From a virus (lineage: Duplodnaviria > Caudoviricetes): a stretch of 64,000 nt of DNA. Positions 47,063 to 57,379 of the stretch are shown here, in pieces. The notes under the pieces were generated by a model. It did no database searches, was not told where the DNA came from, and worked only from the letters and a program-made list of their open reading frames with translations. The stretch lies in IMG/VR virus record IMGVR_UViG_3300021426_000068, positions 32,001 through 96,000 of that record; one strand, given 5' to 3'. A program made the position numbers and the translations under genes. Each line of letters starts with the position of its first letter. Position 1 is the stretch's first letter.

Positions 47063-48563
47063 ATCTTTCTGTAACGTCACTTACAACTCTGAACCTTAAA
47101 ATATCTTTATAATATTTCATTTCCCTACCTGATTTAACTCTTATATCAATATGATATTCATTAGGTATTAAATCTTCAGTATATATAACAAAAAAGTTCT
47201 TAAGAAAACCTTTTTCTACTGGTTGATAATCAAATACTGTTAATTCTCTATTTCCATCCTTAACATATATACGATATTCGGCACTGTCAATGAGCTTAAT
47301 TTTAAATGTTTCAAATTCCTTTCTGAAATCAACAGTAACCTCTCTGATTTCACCTCTGTTTAAATCTTCAGCATCATTTATACCGTATATACTAGGAACT
47401 AAATTTTCTTTTGTACTTACAACGTTTCCAATAGAAATAAATCTGTTCATTGGTTGTACCTCAAATTCCATTTCTACATCTTCTATTTTTTCACCATTTA
47501 AAGCCAAATTAAGCCAATTATCGTAAAGTATAGTTCCATTATCCACATCTTCAGGTAAAGTCGAAATTTCGGCAAAATAGACACCTTTTTGAGCCTGTTT
47601 AACAGGATATTCAATATCATTTATCATACATGTAGGAATTTCGTCAAGATTTTGTGGAATTCCGTTTATATTTGCATAAAGATATAATCTATTTTCTTTA
47701 CCTTTTGTAAATGTTGCTCTATCATCTTTAATTGTTTCGCAATATGTGCATTCTATATATGGATGAAAAAATGTATTAGTTGTATCAGTAAAGAAACCAA
47801 CATATTGTGTAATGTCAGGCTGCATTTTTTCAAAACGAGGGGTAAACATTAACATGATACCAAAATTATGTTCACCATTTATGATGTCAAGTACATAATT
47901 TGTTATGTCTAAGTCCAAATTTTCATTTCCAAAATCAAAATGTTGCGTATCTAAAATATATGAACTTACTCCACTATTGAATAACTCAATTTGTTCGGAA
48001 ATGAATTCATCAGAATATACACCACCTTCAAGAAATATTTTAACCTTTGTATCACCACTAAATTGCCAAATATTTCTATTAATGAAGTTAATATCAGGAC
48101 TTTCTATATTAATTTTTTCTTCATCAACTGGCCATACTTTTCCATTTTCTGAAAAAAACCAAGAAGAACCTTCATCTGAAAATGAACGGTTATTGTTAAT
48201 CCAAAAATCTGCAACGTAGTCAAATCCTCTTCCCTGGTCAAATACGCAAGGAAGTTTAAGTGCAATAACATCAAATGATGCTGCTCTCTGTTTTGGTTTT
48301 ATACCGTTTTCTAATAACTTTTCATAAGGATATCCATCAACTGAAAAACAGTTTGTCATTTTTAACTTAAATGTTAATTTATCTAAATCAGCAAACGTTT
48401 TATCTTCTACAAGTTTTAAAATTTCTGATTCATCAAAATGAATAAGTCCACGACTTGTAACTTCACCATAATTAAGTTCCAAAACAGGATTTAAACCAAC
48501 ATTGGCAAATGGATTATTCTTATATATTGTGTTTGTCTTGTCTAAGAATAAATGTCTTATCAT
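47055..48563 (-). CDS. Putative structural protein
   Basis: Late motif at 48584-48593; QHFDFGNE, FFTDTTNTFFHPY. Confidence 0.55.
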   Translation of the reverse strand: MIRHLFLDKTNTIYKNNPFANVGLNPVLELNYGEVTSRGLIHFDESEILKLVEDKTFADLDKLTFKLKMTNCFSVDGYPYEKLLENGIKPKQRAASFDVIALKLPCVFDQGRGFDYVADFWINNNRSFSDEGSSWFFSENGKVWPVDEEKINIESPDINFINRNIWQFSGDTKVKIFLEGGVYSDEFISEQIELFNSGVSSYILDTQHFDFGNENLDLDITNYVLDIINGEHNFGIMLMFTPRFEKMQPDITQYVGFFTDTTNTFFHPYIECTYCETIKDDRATFTKGKENRLYLYANINGIPQNLDEIPTCMINDIEYPVKQAQKGVYFAEISTLPEDVDNGTILYDNWLNLALNGEKIEDVEMEFEVQPMNRFISIGNVVSTKENLVPSIYGINDAEDLNRGEIREVTVDFRKEFETFKIKLIDSAEYRIYVKDGNRELTVFDYQPVEKGFLKNFFVIYTEDLIPNEYHIDIRVKSGREMKYYKDILRFRVVSDVTERYE

Positions 48564-48683
48564 ATTAATATGTCATATTTTAATATAAATAGTTTTGTTA
48601 ATATAATTGTCTTTTTAAAAATTTTAATTATACCCCTTGATTTTCTCATTATTTTTTTTATATTATAAAAAAATAATATAGGA

Positions 48684-49136
48684 ATGAAAAAAATAGGTAG
48701 TATTATTAAGTTTAACAATAAAGATATGAAGTTAAAAATAGGAACTGTTGATAAAAAGAATCCAGAAGTAATATATTTAGAAGGTGGATTTTACGTTAAA
48801 CCAATAGTTCAAAAAGAAAAGAATGAATACAAATATGATATTAATCAAATTAAGAATGTTTTTGAAGATTTGATTAAAGATTGTATTAACAAAGAACACA
48901 TGTTTGACAAAGAATATATGTTTTTTAGTGACATAGCTTATGAATGGTTAAAGTTAGATAAGGAATCATTTTTATCTTTTCAAATTTATTTAAAACCATC
49001 AACTAATATTTTAGAAAAAGAAAAAAATTTTTCAAATGTTATGAAATATGTTAAAGATAATTTTAACTATAACATATCAGTAAAAGACATATTTGAAAAA
49101 TATGGTTATGAAATTTCTAAAACTAAAGCAAAATAA
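48684..49136 (+). CDS. Hypothetical protein
   Basis: Intact ORF; IGTVDKKNP. Confidence 0.6.
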   Translation: MKKIGSIIKFNNKDMKLKIGTVDKKNPEVIYLEGGFYVKPIVQKEKNEYKYDINQIKNVFEDLIKDCINKEHMFDKEYMFFSDIAYEWLKLDKESFLSFQIYLKPSTNILEKEKNFSNVMKYVKDNFNYNISVKDIFEKYGYEISKTKAK

Positions 49137-49165
49137 ACTATTTATTAATAAAATAGTTTTTATTT

Positions 49166-49555
49166 ATGCAAGAATTTTATTTAAGAAAAGGAAATACTGC
49201 TATTCCTCTTAGAATGGAAGTTATAAATGATGGAAGATATGATTATAGAAAATCATTAATTAATAACTCATTAATGGATTGTAAAGTAACCTTCTCAATG
49301 AAAAATACTGAAACAGGTTTACTTAAAGTTTCTAAAATGCCAGCAGAAGTTGTTTTAGCTAAAACAGATAGTTGTGAAGAGAAATATATCTTACAATATA
49401 AATTTAAACCAAGAGACGTTAAAGAAACTGGTATTTTTGAAGGTTGGTTTGATATAACATTTAATGGAAACTTAACAGAAAAAGATGAAACATATTTAAC
49501 AGGTGACTTCAGAGTCCCAGTTGAAGAAAAATTATTAATCTTTGTTAATGAATAA
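49166..49555 (+). CDS. BppU-N-like Ig-fold structural protein
   Basis: FYLRKG..PLRM, YKFKPRD..GIFEGWF; late motif 49137-49146. Confidence 0.55.
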   Translation: MQEFYLRKGNTAIPLRMEVINDGRYDYRKSLINNSLMDCKVTFSMKNTETGLLKVSKMPAEVVLAKTDSCEEKYILQYKFKPRDVKETGIFEGWFDITFNGNLTEKDETYLTGDFRVPVEEKLLIFVNE

Positions 49556-49557
49556 AG

Positions 49558-49588
49558 AAAATGGAGAACATTAATGTTCTCCATTTTT
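49558..49588. terminator. Bidirectional intrinsic terminator
   Basis: AAAATGGAGAACATTAATGTTCTCCATTTT. Confidence 0.85.
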
Positions 49589-50328
49589 TATGATGCTAAT
49601 TCAGGATAATTTCTTATTATTTTATTTCTAATACTTTTAACTTTTTGTTCATAATTTTTATCTTGTGCGTATCTATGTCCATTCATATTAATAAACCCAT
49701 TTGGCTGTAATAAAGTATCAATATCTTTATTTTTAAGATAATCACGTTTCATTAAATTAATATATGGTAAAATACTTTGATTTTGATTAGAATAAGTAGA
49801 ACGATTAGAACCATCATCCCAACATCCTATTGAAAATACACTACCTGTTTTTCTTGCTCTTTTTCCAAATCCAAAACAACTTTCAAGATGTGCTTGTGCC
49901 ATTAAAAGAGGTAAATCAAAACCAGTTTGTTCACATGCGTTAACCATTTCTTCGGGTGATAATTGTATATTTTCTGGGTTGAAACCTTGGTTTTTAACAG
50001 CCTTCTTCATATAGTCTTTAACACATTCAACTTTTTTTTGAAATAAACTATCAGATTGATTGTTTATATTTTCAGTATTATTTTGTAATTCAGTTTGTGC
50101 CATTCTATATAATATGTTTTTTTGTTTTGGACTAATATTAAGATTACTAATAGAAGCAAGTATGACTGTTGAAGCCACACCTGCTACTATTGCTTGTTTA
50201 TATTTTTGCCATAAAGCATTTAAATCAATAGATTCATTTATTTCACCAAATTCGTTAATATAACTTTCAAGTAAATAATAATCCTCTATATTCTTTAATT
50301 GCTGTTCAGTTAAAATTAATTTAGTCAT
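49588..50328 (-). CDS. Glucosaminidase/lysozyme-like peptidoglycan hydrolase (GH73-like)
   Basis: MAQAHLES catalytic Glu; YAQDKNY.QK. Confidence 0.75.
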   Translation of the reverse strand: MTKLILTEQQLKNIEDYYLLESYINEFGEINESIDLNALWQKYKQAIVAGVASTVILASISNLNISPKQKNILYRMAQTELQNNTENINNQSDSLFQKKVECVKDYMKKAVKNQGFNPENIQLSPEEMVNACEQTGFDLPLLMAQAHLESCFGFGKRARKTGSVFSIGCWDDGSNRSTYSNQNQSILPYINLMKRDYLKNKDIDTLLQPNGFINMNGHRYAQDKNYEQKVKSIRNKIIRNYPELAS

Positions 50329-50331
50329 TTT

Positions 50332-51240
50332 TTAAAAAATTGAAGTTATTTCAATGAAGTTGCAAATATCATTTTCAACAGTTTCTTCGACATAAACCTT
50401 TTTACTAACTTGTTCCATTATTGAAGAAAGTTTGTTAGCTGAATCCATGTCACCTGTCTTTTGATAATTTTCTTTTGCTTCATTTATCTTATTAGTACAA
50501 ACTTCTTTATATTTGTTAAATATTTCTTCTTTATTACTTGATTCAGAAAGTTCTTTAACCATTGTTTTTTCTTCGTCTGTTAATTCTTTAGAATATTTTT
50601 CATTAAACTTATTCATGAATTCTTTTGCTACTGTATCAATATCCTTTGATTCAGAAATATTATTTTCAAAATCATGTTTTTCGATTTCTTCACGGATAAC
50701 TTTTACTGCTGAACTATAAGAAGAAATATTTTTTACATTTTTTTTGTTTTCAGTAATAAATGTAATTGCCTCATCTAAATTTTTCTTTTCTTCTGGTAAT
50801 AAATCATTAGCCTTTTCACCTATGTAAAAATATGCTTCTGCAAGTATATTACCAATTTCTTTTTTATCAGAATTAATTTTATCTTTATTAAGATTAAAAT
50901 TTTCTAAAACAATATTATTGATTAGGAAATCAACATCAGAATTTTTACTAGTCTTTCTAATATTTTCATAAATAGAATGTAAAGTATTTAATTCTTTACT
51001 GTTTTTTATTGTATCAGTATATCTTTTAATAATTTTTCTTCCTTCAGAAGAACTAAATAAAACAGGAGAAAAATTTTCAAAACATTCTTTAATATATCCA
51101 AATGGTTTTTCAGATATTTCACATGCTTTATTTAAAGAAACAATATATTTGGCACGTTTATCACATGCTTCATTTATTTCTTTTCTATATTGTTCAATTG
51201 AATCAAGTGTATTTAATGTATCTATATATTTATCTTTCAT
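50332..51240 (-). CDS. Helical head-assembly-associated protein
   Basis: Immediately downstream of portal; late motif 51255-51264. Confidence 0.55.
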   Translation of the reverse strand: MKDKYIDTLNTLDSIEQYRKEINEACDKRAKYIVSLNKACEISEKPFGYIKECFENFSPVLFSSSEGRKIIKRYTDTIKNSKELNTLHSIYENIRKTSKNSDVDFLINNIVLENFNLNKDKINSDKKEIGNILAEAYFYIGEKANDLLPEEKKNLDEAITFITENKKNVKNISSYSSAVKVIREEIEKHDFENNISESKDIDTVAKEFMNKFNEKYSKELTDEEKTMVKELSESSNKEEIFNKYKEVCTNKINEAKENYQKTGDMDSANKLSSIMEQVSKKVYVEETVENDICNFIEITSIF

Positions 51241-51266
51241 AACTGTATTTTCTTTATAAATAGTTT

Positions 51267-53363
51267 TTAATCATCATCTTTTTCTAATTCTTCATAAAAA
51301 TCTTCGTCAAATTGACTTTCAGAAATACCACTATCATTTAATGAAGTTTGACCATTATATTCATTTTCTTCAATTATATTATTAATTTTATTGAAAATAT
51401 TGTTTACCTTTTCATTTATTGTTACATTTTTCCCTTCAAAATCTTCCGCTTCTTCAACATATTCAGGGTCATTTTCAATTGCTTCGTTTAATCTTTCAAA
51501 ATATTTTTCAGTAAAACTTTTTATTCTACTTCTTTCATTAATAACAGGTTTTGAAGTAACGTTCTCCATTGGTGCACCATTGTCAAGAGAAGGTGCTTGT
51601 GACATATCAGAACTTGTTTCTTGTCCACTCATATCAGGCATGTCTTCAGTACCAGCACCGCCTAATGAATCCATTGGTAATGAACCCCCATCAAAACCAC
51701 CACCTCCTGGTCCGCCTGACCCTGGTCCACCCATACCATTATCTTGTTGTTGCATTTGTTGATTGTTCTGAGGTGAATTTATTGCTTCAAAATCACCATA
51801 TATTCTGTCAACATTATCAAACATACCTGTTTTCCTAATTATCATGGCTGTTTGTTCTAATTCAGCAGCCATTGCTTTTTCCATTCGTATTTCAAGAAGC
51901 ATATCCTTAATCTCACTATCAGTCATTTTCATAATTTTCTTTAATGCCATGTGCATAGACATAAGAGGAATACCAGTTCCTGGGTCAGATACAGCAGCAG
52001 TTGCTGTCTGAACACGTTTTGTAATATCTTCTAATTCAAGTGCTTCAATCTGTGCAGAAGGATTATTCATGGAAAGTGTGAAATTAGTAATTTCGTCATC
52101 AAGACCCATGAAATGCAAATGAATCATTGCTATCTTATTAAGCTCCATTAATAAGAATTGTTGTATAGAATTTACCATACGTGAAAAACGAATATCAAGC
52201 AATGAAAGATTTTGTCCCTTACCTTGTGCTTCTTGGAAATTAAGGAAAGTTTTTGGAACACGTAATGCTGAAAATACTTTATTCTGCATATAATTAATAT
52301 CATCCATCTGTGTCTGATTCTGTGCACCTGCCAATGTTTCAATTGGTGTTGGTGCTGATGGGTCTCTAACAGGAATAAAATAATCACTTGAAACATCAAG
52401 GAAATTTTTTCTTAAATCAATTTGGCCAGTTGCTGGGTCAATAATTGGCGTTCTCTTAAAATTGTTAGCAAAATCTTGAATAAATCCTGGAACATCAGCA
52501 TCATCAATAGCACCTACATAAACTTTAAATACACGTCTTTCAACACTTTTATCAAGACGATAAATAAGCATTGCATCTTCCATCATACTCCACATTCTCC
52601 AAGCACGTCTTGCTTTATGAAGATGTGAAACACCATAAGGTAAAAATAAAGAGTTCTTAAGTAATCTAAAATGCGCTACCTGCCAATTAAAATATGGATG
52701 TGATTCATTATGTCCAACCCAAACAAATCTCGTTTCATCTGGTTTTATATCGTTAACCTGATTAGGCATGACACCTGCTGCTGAAGTATAACCGTTTTCA
52801 ATTCTATCCATCTCATAAACAGGTAATTCCTTCCATCCTAAAATACCATTATTTTGGTCAACATTAAGAAGCATAAATTCATTACCATATTTTATCATAC
52901 TTCTTGCTACCATTGGTAACATTACATGAATGTTCAGTCTATTGTAAAATAAGTCTTCAAGAATTGCTTTAATTCTTTTTGATTTCGACTTAACATGAAG
53001 CATTTTTCCTTCTGATGTGAACGAACAAGCTTCTTCCTGTATGATATCAAGAGCAGCACCGATTTCTGGTGTTTCATCCATTAAATCAGCATCTCTATAC
53101 ATTAATTTTACAGCAGTATAGCCAGCAAGACTTTCCATTGCATTATCAGCACCTGCTTTTGCCCACTGATAAGATAAAAACTTCTGTTGTTTATATTGTT
53201 GTAACTTCCTTTCGTAATCGGCTCTGTTATTTGTAGAATATAAAATGTTATTACCTGAATAATCAGCAGTTGGAGGTAACTTTTGAATTTCAGGTGAAAC
53301 ACTTGTTCCGAAAAGAACACTTCCTATATTCTGAAATATTGTGTTTCTTCTATTATTAGCCAT
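51267..53363 (-). CDS. Portal protein (T4 gp20-like)
   Basis: YRDADLMD.TPEI, MEDAMLIYR..ERRVF, DYFIPVR, IETLAG, ALRVP, DIRFSR. Confidence 0.93.
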   Translation of the reverse strand: MANNRRNTIFQNIGSVLFGTSVSPEIQKLPPTADYSGNNILYSTNNRADYERKLQQYKQQKFLSYQWAKAGADNAMESLAGYTAVKLMYRDADLMDETPEIGAALDIIQEEACSFTSEGKMLHVKSKSKRIKAILEDLFYNRLNIHVMLPMVARSMIKYGNEFMLLNVDQNNGILGWKELPVYEMDRIENGYTSAAGVMPNQVNDIKPDETRFVWVGHNESHPYFNWQVAHFRLLKNSLFLPYGVSHLHKARRAWRMWSMMEDAMLIYRLDKSVERRVFKVYVGAIDDADVPGFIQDFANNFKRTPIIDPATGQIDLRKNFLDVSSDYFIPVRDPSAPTPIETLAGAQNQTQMDDINYMQNKVFSALRVPKTFLNFQEAQGKGQNLSLLDIRFSRMVNSIQQFLLMELNKIAMIHLHFMGLDDEITNFTLSMNNPSAQIEALELEDITKRVQTATAAVSDPGTGIPLMSMHMALKKIMKMTDSEIKDMLLEIRMEKAMAAELEQTAMIIRKTGMFDNVDRIYGDFEAINSPQNNQQMQQQDNGMGGPGSGGPGGGGFDGGSLPMDSLGGAGTEDMPDMSGQETSSDMSQAPSLDNGAPMENVTSKPVINERSRIKSFTEKYFERLNEAIENDPEYVEEAEDFEGKNVTINEKVNNIFNKINNIIEENEYNGQTSLNDSGISESQFDEDFYEELEKDDD

Positions 53364-53514
53364 ATTTAATAAATTTTATTTATTATAAATAGTTTAAAAA
53401 ATTGTATTATAATCTCTGTTATAATATAGAGAAATATCTTGTAAAGTAAATAATTAACAATTTTTACTTGTTTTTATTCTAATTTTTATTATTTTCTTAT
53501 AAAAGAAGTTAAGT

Positions 53515-53802
53515 ATGAAGAATTTTTATGAAATTTATCAGAAATACATGTCAATGTCAAAAGAAACATTGGCTGAATTATTGGCAGCAAAAGAAATGAA
53601 TGAAATAGAAGATATTCCACGTACTGTGGCAATTGCGTATCGCTGTAAAGATTTTAATGATTGTATAAATCCATTTAGAGATTGTATTGGATGTCCGTTA
53701 AATTCTACAACAGACGGTTTTACATCAGTGTCTTCAAATATAAGAAATAATATAAAAGATAATGATTTTATCAATAAAATTAAAAAAATGACAGATGATT
53801 AA
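53515..53802 (+). CDS. Hypothetical Cys-containing protein
   Basis: CKDFNDCINPFRDCIGCP. Confidence 0.55.
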   Translation: MKNFYEIYQKYMSMSKETLAELLAAKEMNEIEDIPRTVAIAYRCKDFNDCINPFRDCIGCPLNSTTDGFTSVSSNIRNNIKDNDFINKIKKMTDD

Positions 53803-53818
53803 AAATCTGTCATTTTTT
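53783..53818. terminator. Terminator overlapping convergent gene ends
   Basis: AAAAAATGACAGAT-N8-ATCTGTCATTTTTT. Confidence 0.75.
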
Positions 53819-54011
53819 CTTTATTCAATAAACATTTAAAACATCCGTTTCCTTTTAAATGTTGATAAACTGTCTCGTAAAATAAACCATGTTTATTACA
53901 AATAATAGGAATACTATCATATGGTTTTAACTCTTCTTGCTGAATATATTTATAATCATATAAATTATCATATATTGCTTTTGCTTGTTTTATAAATTCT
54001 TGCTTGGTCAT
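53799..54011 (-). CDS. Stand-alone single DUF723-like Zn repeat
   Basis: EFIKQAKAIY..YDY..IICNKHGLF..HLKGNGCFKC; no nuclease domain. Confidence 0.65.
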   Translation of the reverse strand: MTKQEFIKQAKAIYDNLYDYKYIQQEELKPYDSIPIICNKHGLFYETVYQHLKGNGCFKCLLNKEKMTDF

Positions 54012-54026
54012 ATTTCAAATTTCATA

Positions 54027-55166
54027 TTAACTAATTGTATAAATTTTAAGTGGAATATGTTTTTGTATATTAACCATACTTTCCATCATTTCAGCATTTT
54101 CTTTCATAACATTTGAAGGTCTTAATCTTTCCAAACGTTTAGTTAATGCATCCATAGTCTCTTTATATTCATCTTTACCTTGTTGTATTAACATTTGATA
54201 ATCCATAACCATTTCGGCTTGTGGAATACTTACTTTACCACTGAACTTACCACGAATTAAACCAAGCATCTCTTTTGCTTTGGCTACAAATAATTTTCTT
54301 ACAATGGTTTTAGACGGACTATTTAAAAACGCATAATCAATAGAACCCATTTCAACCTGGTCAGGACGTAAAATAACATCATCAGCATGTAGTCTTGAAC
54401 ATTCATCTGCTTCTTCTTGTGTTGCTGTGTCGTAATATGTGTACCATACTGCACAATTAACTAATCCATATACATTATTTTGTATTCCTGAAAAACCAAA
54501 TGATAATCTACTACCAGGTGTTGACATTAAATGTACTAAATGAGTACCATCTGGACCAGCAGTAACTTTATATGTTAAATCACTACTAAATAATGTACGT
54601 TTAAAATTTAAATCAGCAGCCGTATAAGCAATATCAGAAACTTGTGTTGTATAAAAACCACTTCCCCTACCATATCCAGCAGGAAAGCCAATAGTTCCTA
54701 ATCCTGGCATTACTCCATAACCAGCACCAACCATATTGTTACCAAAAATAGCAGTATCTGTCATAGAAGGATTAACCCACATAACTTTATTAATTGTTCT
54801 TCCAGAAGGGATAACATAAACTTGTTTACCTTCTTCAATAATAAAGAAGTCTTTCTTAAGTTCCCATGGTCCTTCTTGTTGTAAACCAACTTGTTTTGAA
54901 AACCAATATGAATAATCTTTTGTTAAATCAAGTGTTCTAAACATAAAACCTTGCATTAATGCAGAACTATCAGCACCACTTTTACCATAAAATGAAATCC
55001 AATTATTATCAATTATCTCATTTTGAACTTTTTCAGCATAATCTTCAATTGAAAATCTAAGTGCTTCACAAAGTTGGTCATCAGTAAGTTCAACAGCACG
55101 GACTGGTGCTCCTAATATTTTCCTGACAGACTTGAAAAGTTCTTCTATTTCTTTTGTTATTTTCAT
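54027..55166 (-). CDS. Neck/head-completion protein (T4 gp13-like)
   Basis: LGAPVRAVELTDDQL; AKAKEMLG.IRGKF; position between terminase and portal. Confidence 0.75.
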   Translation of the reverse strand: MKITKEIEELFKSVRKILGAPVRAVELTDDQLCEALRFSIEDYAEKVQNEIIDNNWISFYGKSGADSSALMQGFMFRTLDLTKDYSYWFSKQVGLQQEGPWELKKDFFIIEEGKQVYVIPSGRTINKVMWVNPSMTDTAIFGNNMVGAGYGVMPGLGTIGFPAGYGRGSGFYTTQVSDIAYTAADLNFKRTLFSSDLTYKVTAGPDGTHLVHLMSTPGSRLSFGFSGIQNNVYGLVNCAVWYTYYDTATQEEADECSRLHADDVILRPDQVEMGSIDYAFLNSPSKTIVRKLFVAKAKEMLGLIRGKFSGKVSIPQAEMVMDYQMLIQQGKDEYKETMDALTKRLERLRPSNVMKENAEMMESMVNIQKHIPLKIYTIS

Positions 55167-55202
55167 TTCTATAATATTTTACTATAAATAGTTTTATTAT
55201 TG

Positions 55203-56573
55203 TTAAACTAATAACCATTTATAACTGTCAATAACAGTATTTCCAACTTTTTGAATAGTTCTGTTATTATAAATTGGTAAATAATTCTTTTTGGGGGTTG
55301 CTGATAATTCTTCCTTTCTATATGGATTGTTATACGTTGATTGTATGTTTTGAGCACTGTTAATCCACGCTCTAAGAAATACTTCATCTCTTTGTTTTGC
55401 TCTCTCTAAATCACCAAGATGGAATTTAGCAACAAAGTAACCCATAGCAAGACATGTTAATGTATCATCATGACAACCATCCTGATGGTCTTGTCTACCA
55501 TTTTTGAATATCCATGTGTCAAGTTCAGAAATAACTCTCTTACTTCTTATCTTAAATTCATTTGTTCTTACTGCATTTGCAAAATGACTTAACATTTGGA
55601 AACGTACAGCATTACTATGGAAACCAGGAAGTTTACCATCATTGCCAACTTGAAGTGTTGACTGTTCTCTTTGTATTGTATATTTGTTAAGATTAGGGTC
55701 ATCATAATACATATTCTTATATTGTAATCTCATAAGTGCTAATATTGTTGCATCACCATAACCACCTAATGATTCAACAACACAATATGCATCACCATAT
55801 AATGTACCATACCAATAACAAATTTCACCTAAATCATCACCTGTCATTTTACCATTATATTCGAGAACTTGTTCAATACATGGTAAACCATTATCTTCTC
55901 CATCTAAATCGAATATTTCAACAGCTGAACGGTCATCACTGTCACCTCTGGAACAGTCCACTGCCATGATGTATCTATGTCCTGGAATTGGCGGTTTCCA
56001 TACCCATGTTTCTTCCAAGTGGAACATGTCACCATCTTCTTTCTTACTAATTGGGTCTCGCATGTTTAAATGTTCCTGCATTTCAATGTATTCAGGCTCT
56101 ACAACGTTAGAAGCAGAACCAAGGAATGATACATCAAGTTCCTGTGCAATTTTAACTTCATCATTGTTAAATTGCTGACACATTTTAACATACCAAGGTG
56201 AACGAGGTTTCCATCCATTTTTTATCATTTCTTCCCAATGTTCGTTATCATATTTAACATTTCCCTCTTTGTCTAATACTGGTTCTTTATAAAACTCTGT
56301 TTCACCATCTTCTTTTTTTCTGTACCATTCAAGGAACTTGTTATAACGTGGGTCTTGATACCATTTCATTTTAACAAGTTCAAAATTGTTCCATTGGTCA
56401 GTACCTTTAAGTTCTGCTAATCTACATGTTTCATAATAAAGTTGGTCTTTACCGTTTGGAGTACTAATCATTATTATGTGACCATTATTTGAAACTGTTG
56501 GAATAGCAGAAGCATATACATCTTTACCATTTTCAATGAATGCGGCTTCATCAAAGATGAGCCATGTAACTCC
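55203..56573 (-). CDS. terL: Terminase large subunit, exon 2 (Walker B plus nuclease domain)
   Basis: Frame opens at 56573: GVTWLIFDEAAF..ISTPNG; AQELDVSF, AVDCSRG, HDDTL. Confidence 0.92.
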   Translation of the reverse strand, partial: GVTWLIFDEAAFIENGKDVYASAIPTVSNNGHIIMISTPNGKDQLYYETCRLAELKGTDQWNNFELVKMKWYQDPRYNKFLEWYRKKEDGETEFYKEPVLDKEGNVKYDNEHWEEMIKNGWKPRSPWYVKMCQQFNNDEVKIAQELDVSFLGSASNVVEPEYIEMQEHLNMRDPISKKEDGDMFHLEETWVWKPPIPGHRYIMAVDCSRGDSDDRSAVEIFDLDGEDNGLPCIEQVLEYNGKMTGDDLGEICYWYGTLYGDAYCVVESLGGYGDATILALMRLQYKNMYYDDPNLNKYTIQREQSTLQVGNDGKLPGFHSNAVRFQMLSHFANAVRTNEFKIRSKRVISELDTWIFKNGRQDHQDGCHDDTLTCLAMGYFVAKFHLGDLERAKQRDEVFLRAWINSAQNIQSTYNNPYRKEELSATPKKNYLPIYNNRTIQKVGNTVIDSYKWLLV

Positions 56574-56859
56574 CTAATTATCAATAATTTATAATATTAT
56601 TTAAGTAGTTTTTTATCTACTTTCTATCTTTTCAGATAGGATTGGCGTACATTTTCATCCTTTATTAAAAAGGAGTTCCGTACTCTTGGGAAGATTATAT
56701 TTATTCACTTCCTACGCTCTACGGTGTTTCTGAACCTTACGCAATTTCAGAACTTACCTCGGTATTCTCATATTTGTGTTTCACAACAGAAACTTAGACT
56801 TCACCGATTTTACGGAATTTCATTATTGCAACTTACGCTGCAAGTCGGCAGAGTTGTTT
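56574..56859 (-). mobile_element. ORF-less self-splicing group I intron (286 nt) in terminase
   Basis: P1 GUCGGU/GCCGAC with U.G at splice site; P10 AACUCU/GGAGUU; P3 UUCCGUA/UACGGAA; AAAUCGGUGAA, AAUACCGAG, CCGUAGAGCGUA, AAUGUACGCC core; terminal G; splicing restores frame. Confidence 0.92.
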
Positions 56860-57378
56860 ACCGACACCACGAGAAGCATCTGGACCAGAAGAACGTGCAA
56901 CTACACGGCATCCATTTTTTAATTTTAATTCTTTTTGATTACAAATTTCAAAAATATCGTTTTTATCTGGTGGTAAATTGTATTTACTTTTATCAGTTAT
57001 ATAATCATCACCCCACATCCATGCAGGAAATTGAAGTAAAAATTCACGAATTTTTGTTACCATTTGTTGTGCAAGGTCAAGTGTATTACCAATAACAAGA
57101 ACTGTTTGTGGTGACTCAGGGTCTGCAAGACACATTTCGCATGAAATAAATCCACCTGCTGTTGTCGTAATACCAGCCTGACGAGGTTTTGTTGTAACAA
57201 CGTTATTTGCATTACCTAATATTGTGCATAAATCTTGTTGTCTTGGAAACAAATTAAATTGTACCATTTTTTTCTGATTAGCATCATATGTTTTAAGATA
57301 ATTTTGTATCATATAAATACGTGATTTATCTCTAAAACATTTAAGATACTCTTTCTGTAAATAATTATAATCTATCAT
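56860..57378 (-). CDS. terL: Terminase large subunit, exon 1 (ATPase N-part)
   Basis: LFPRQ adenine-binding motif, KPRQAGITT Walker A variant, ends DASRGVG. Confidence 0.9.
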
Positions 57379-57379
57379 G

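Noticed and set aside
56472-56860. Terminase pseudogene, frameshift or intein
   Set aside because: The gap is fully explained by a group I intron with exact in-frame splice junctions
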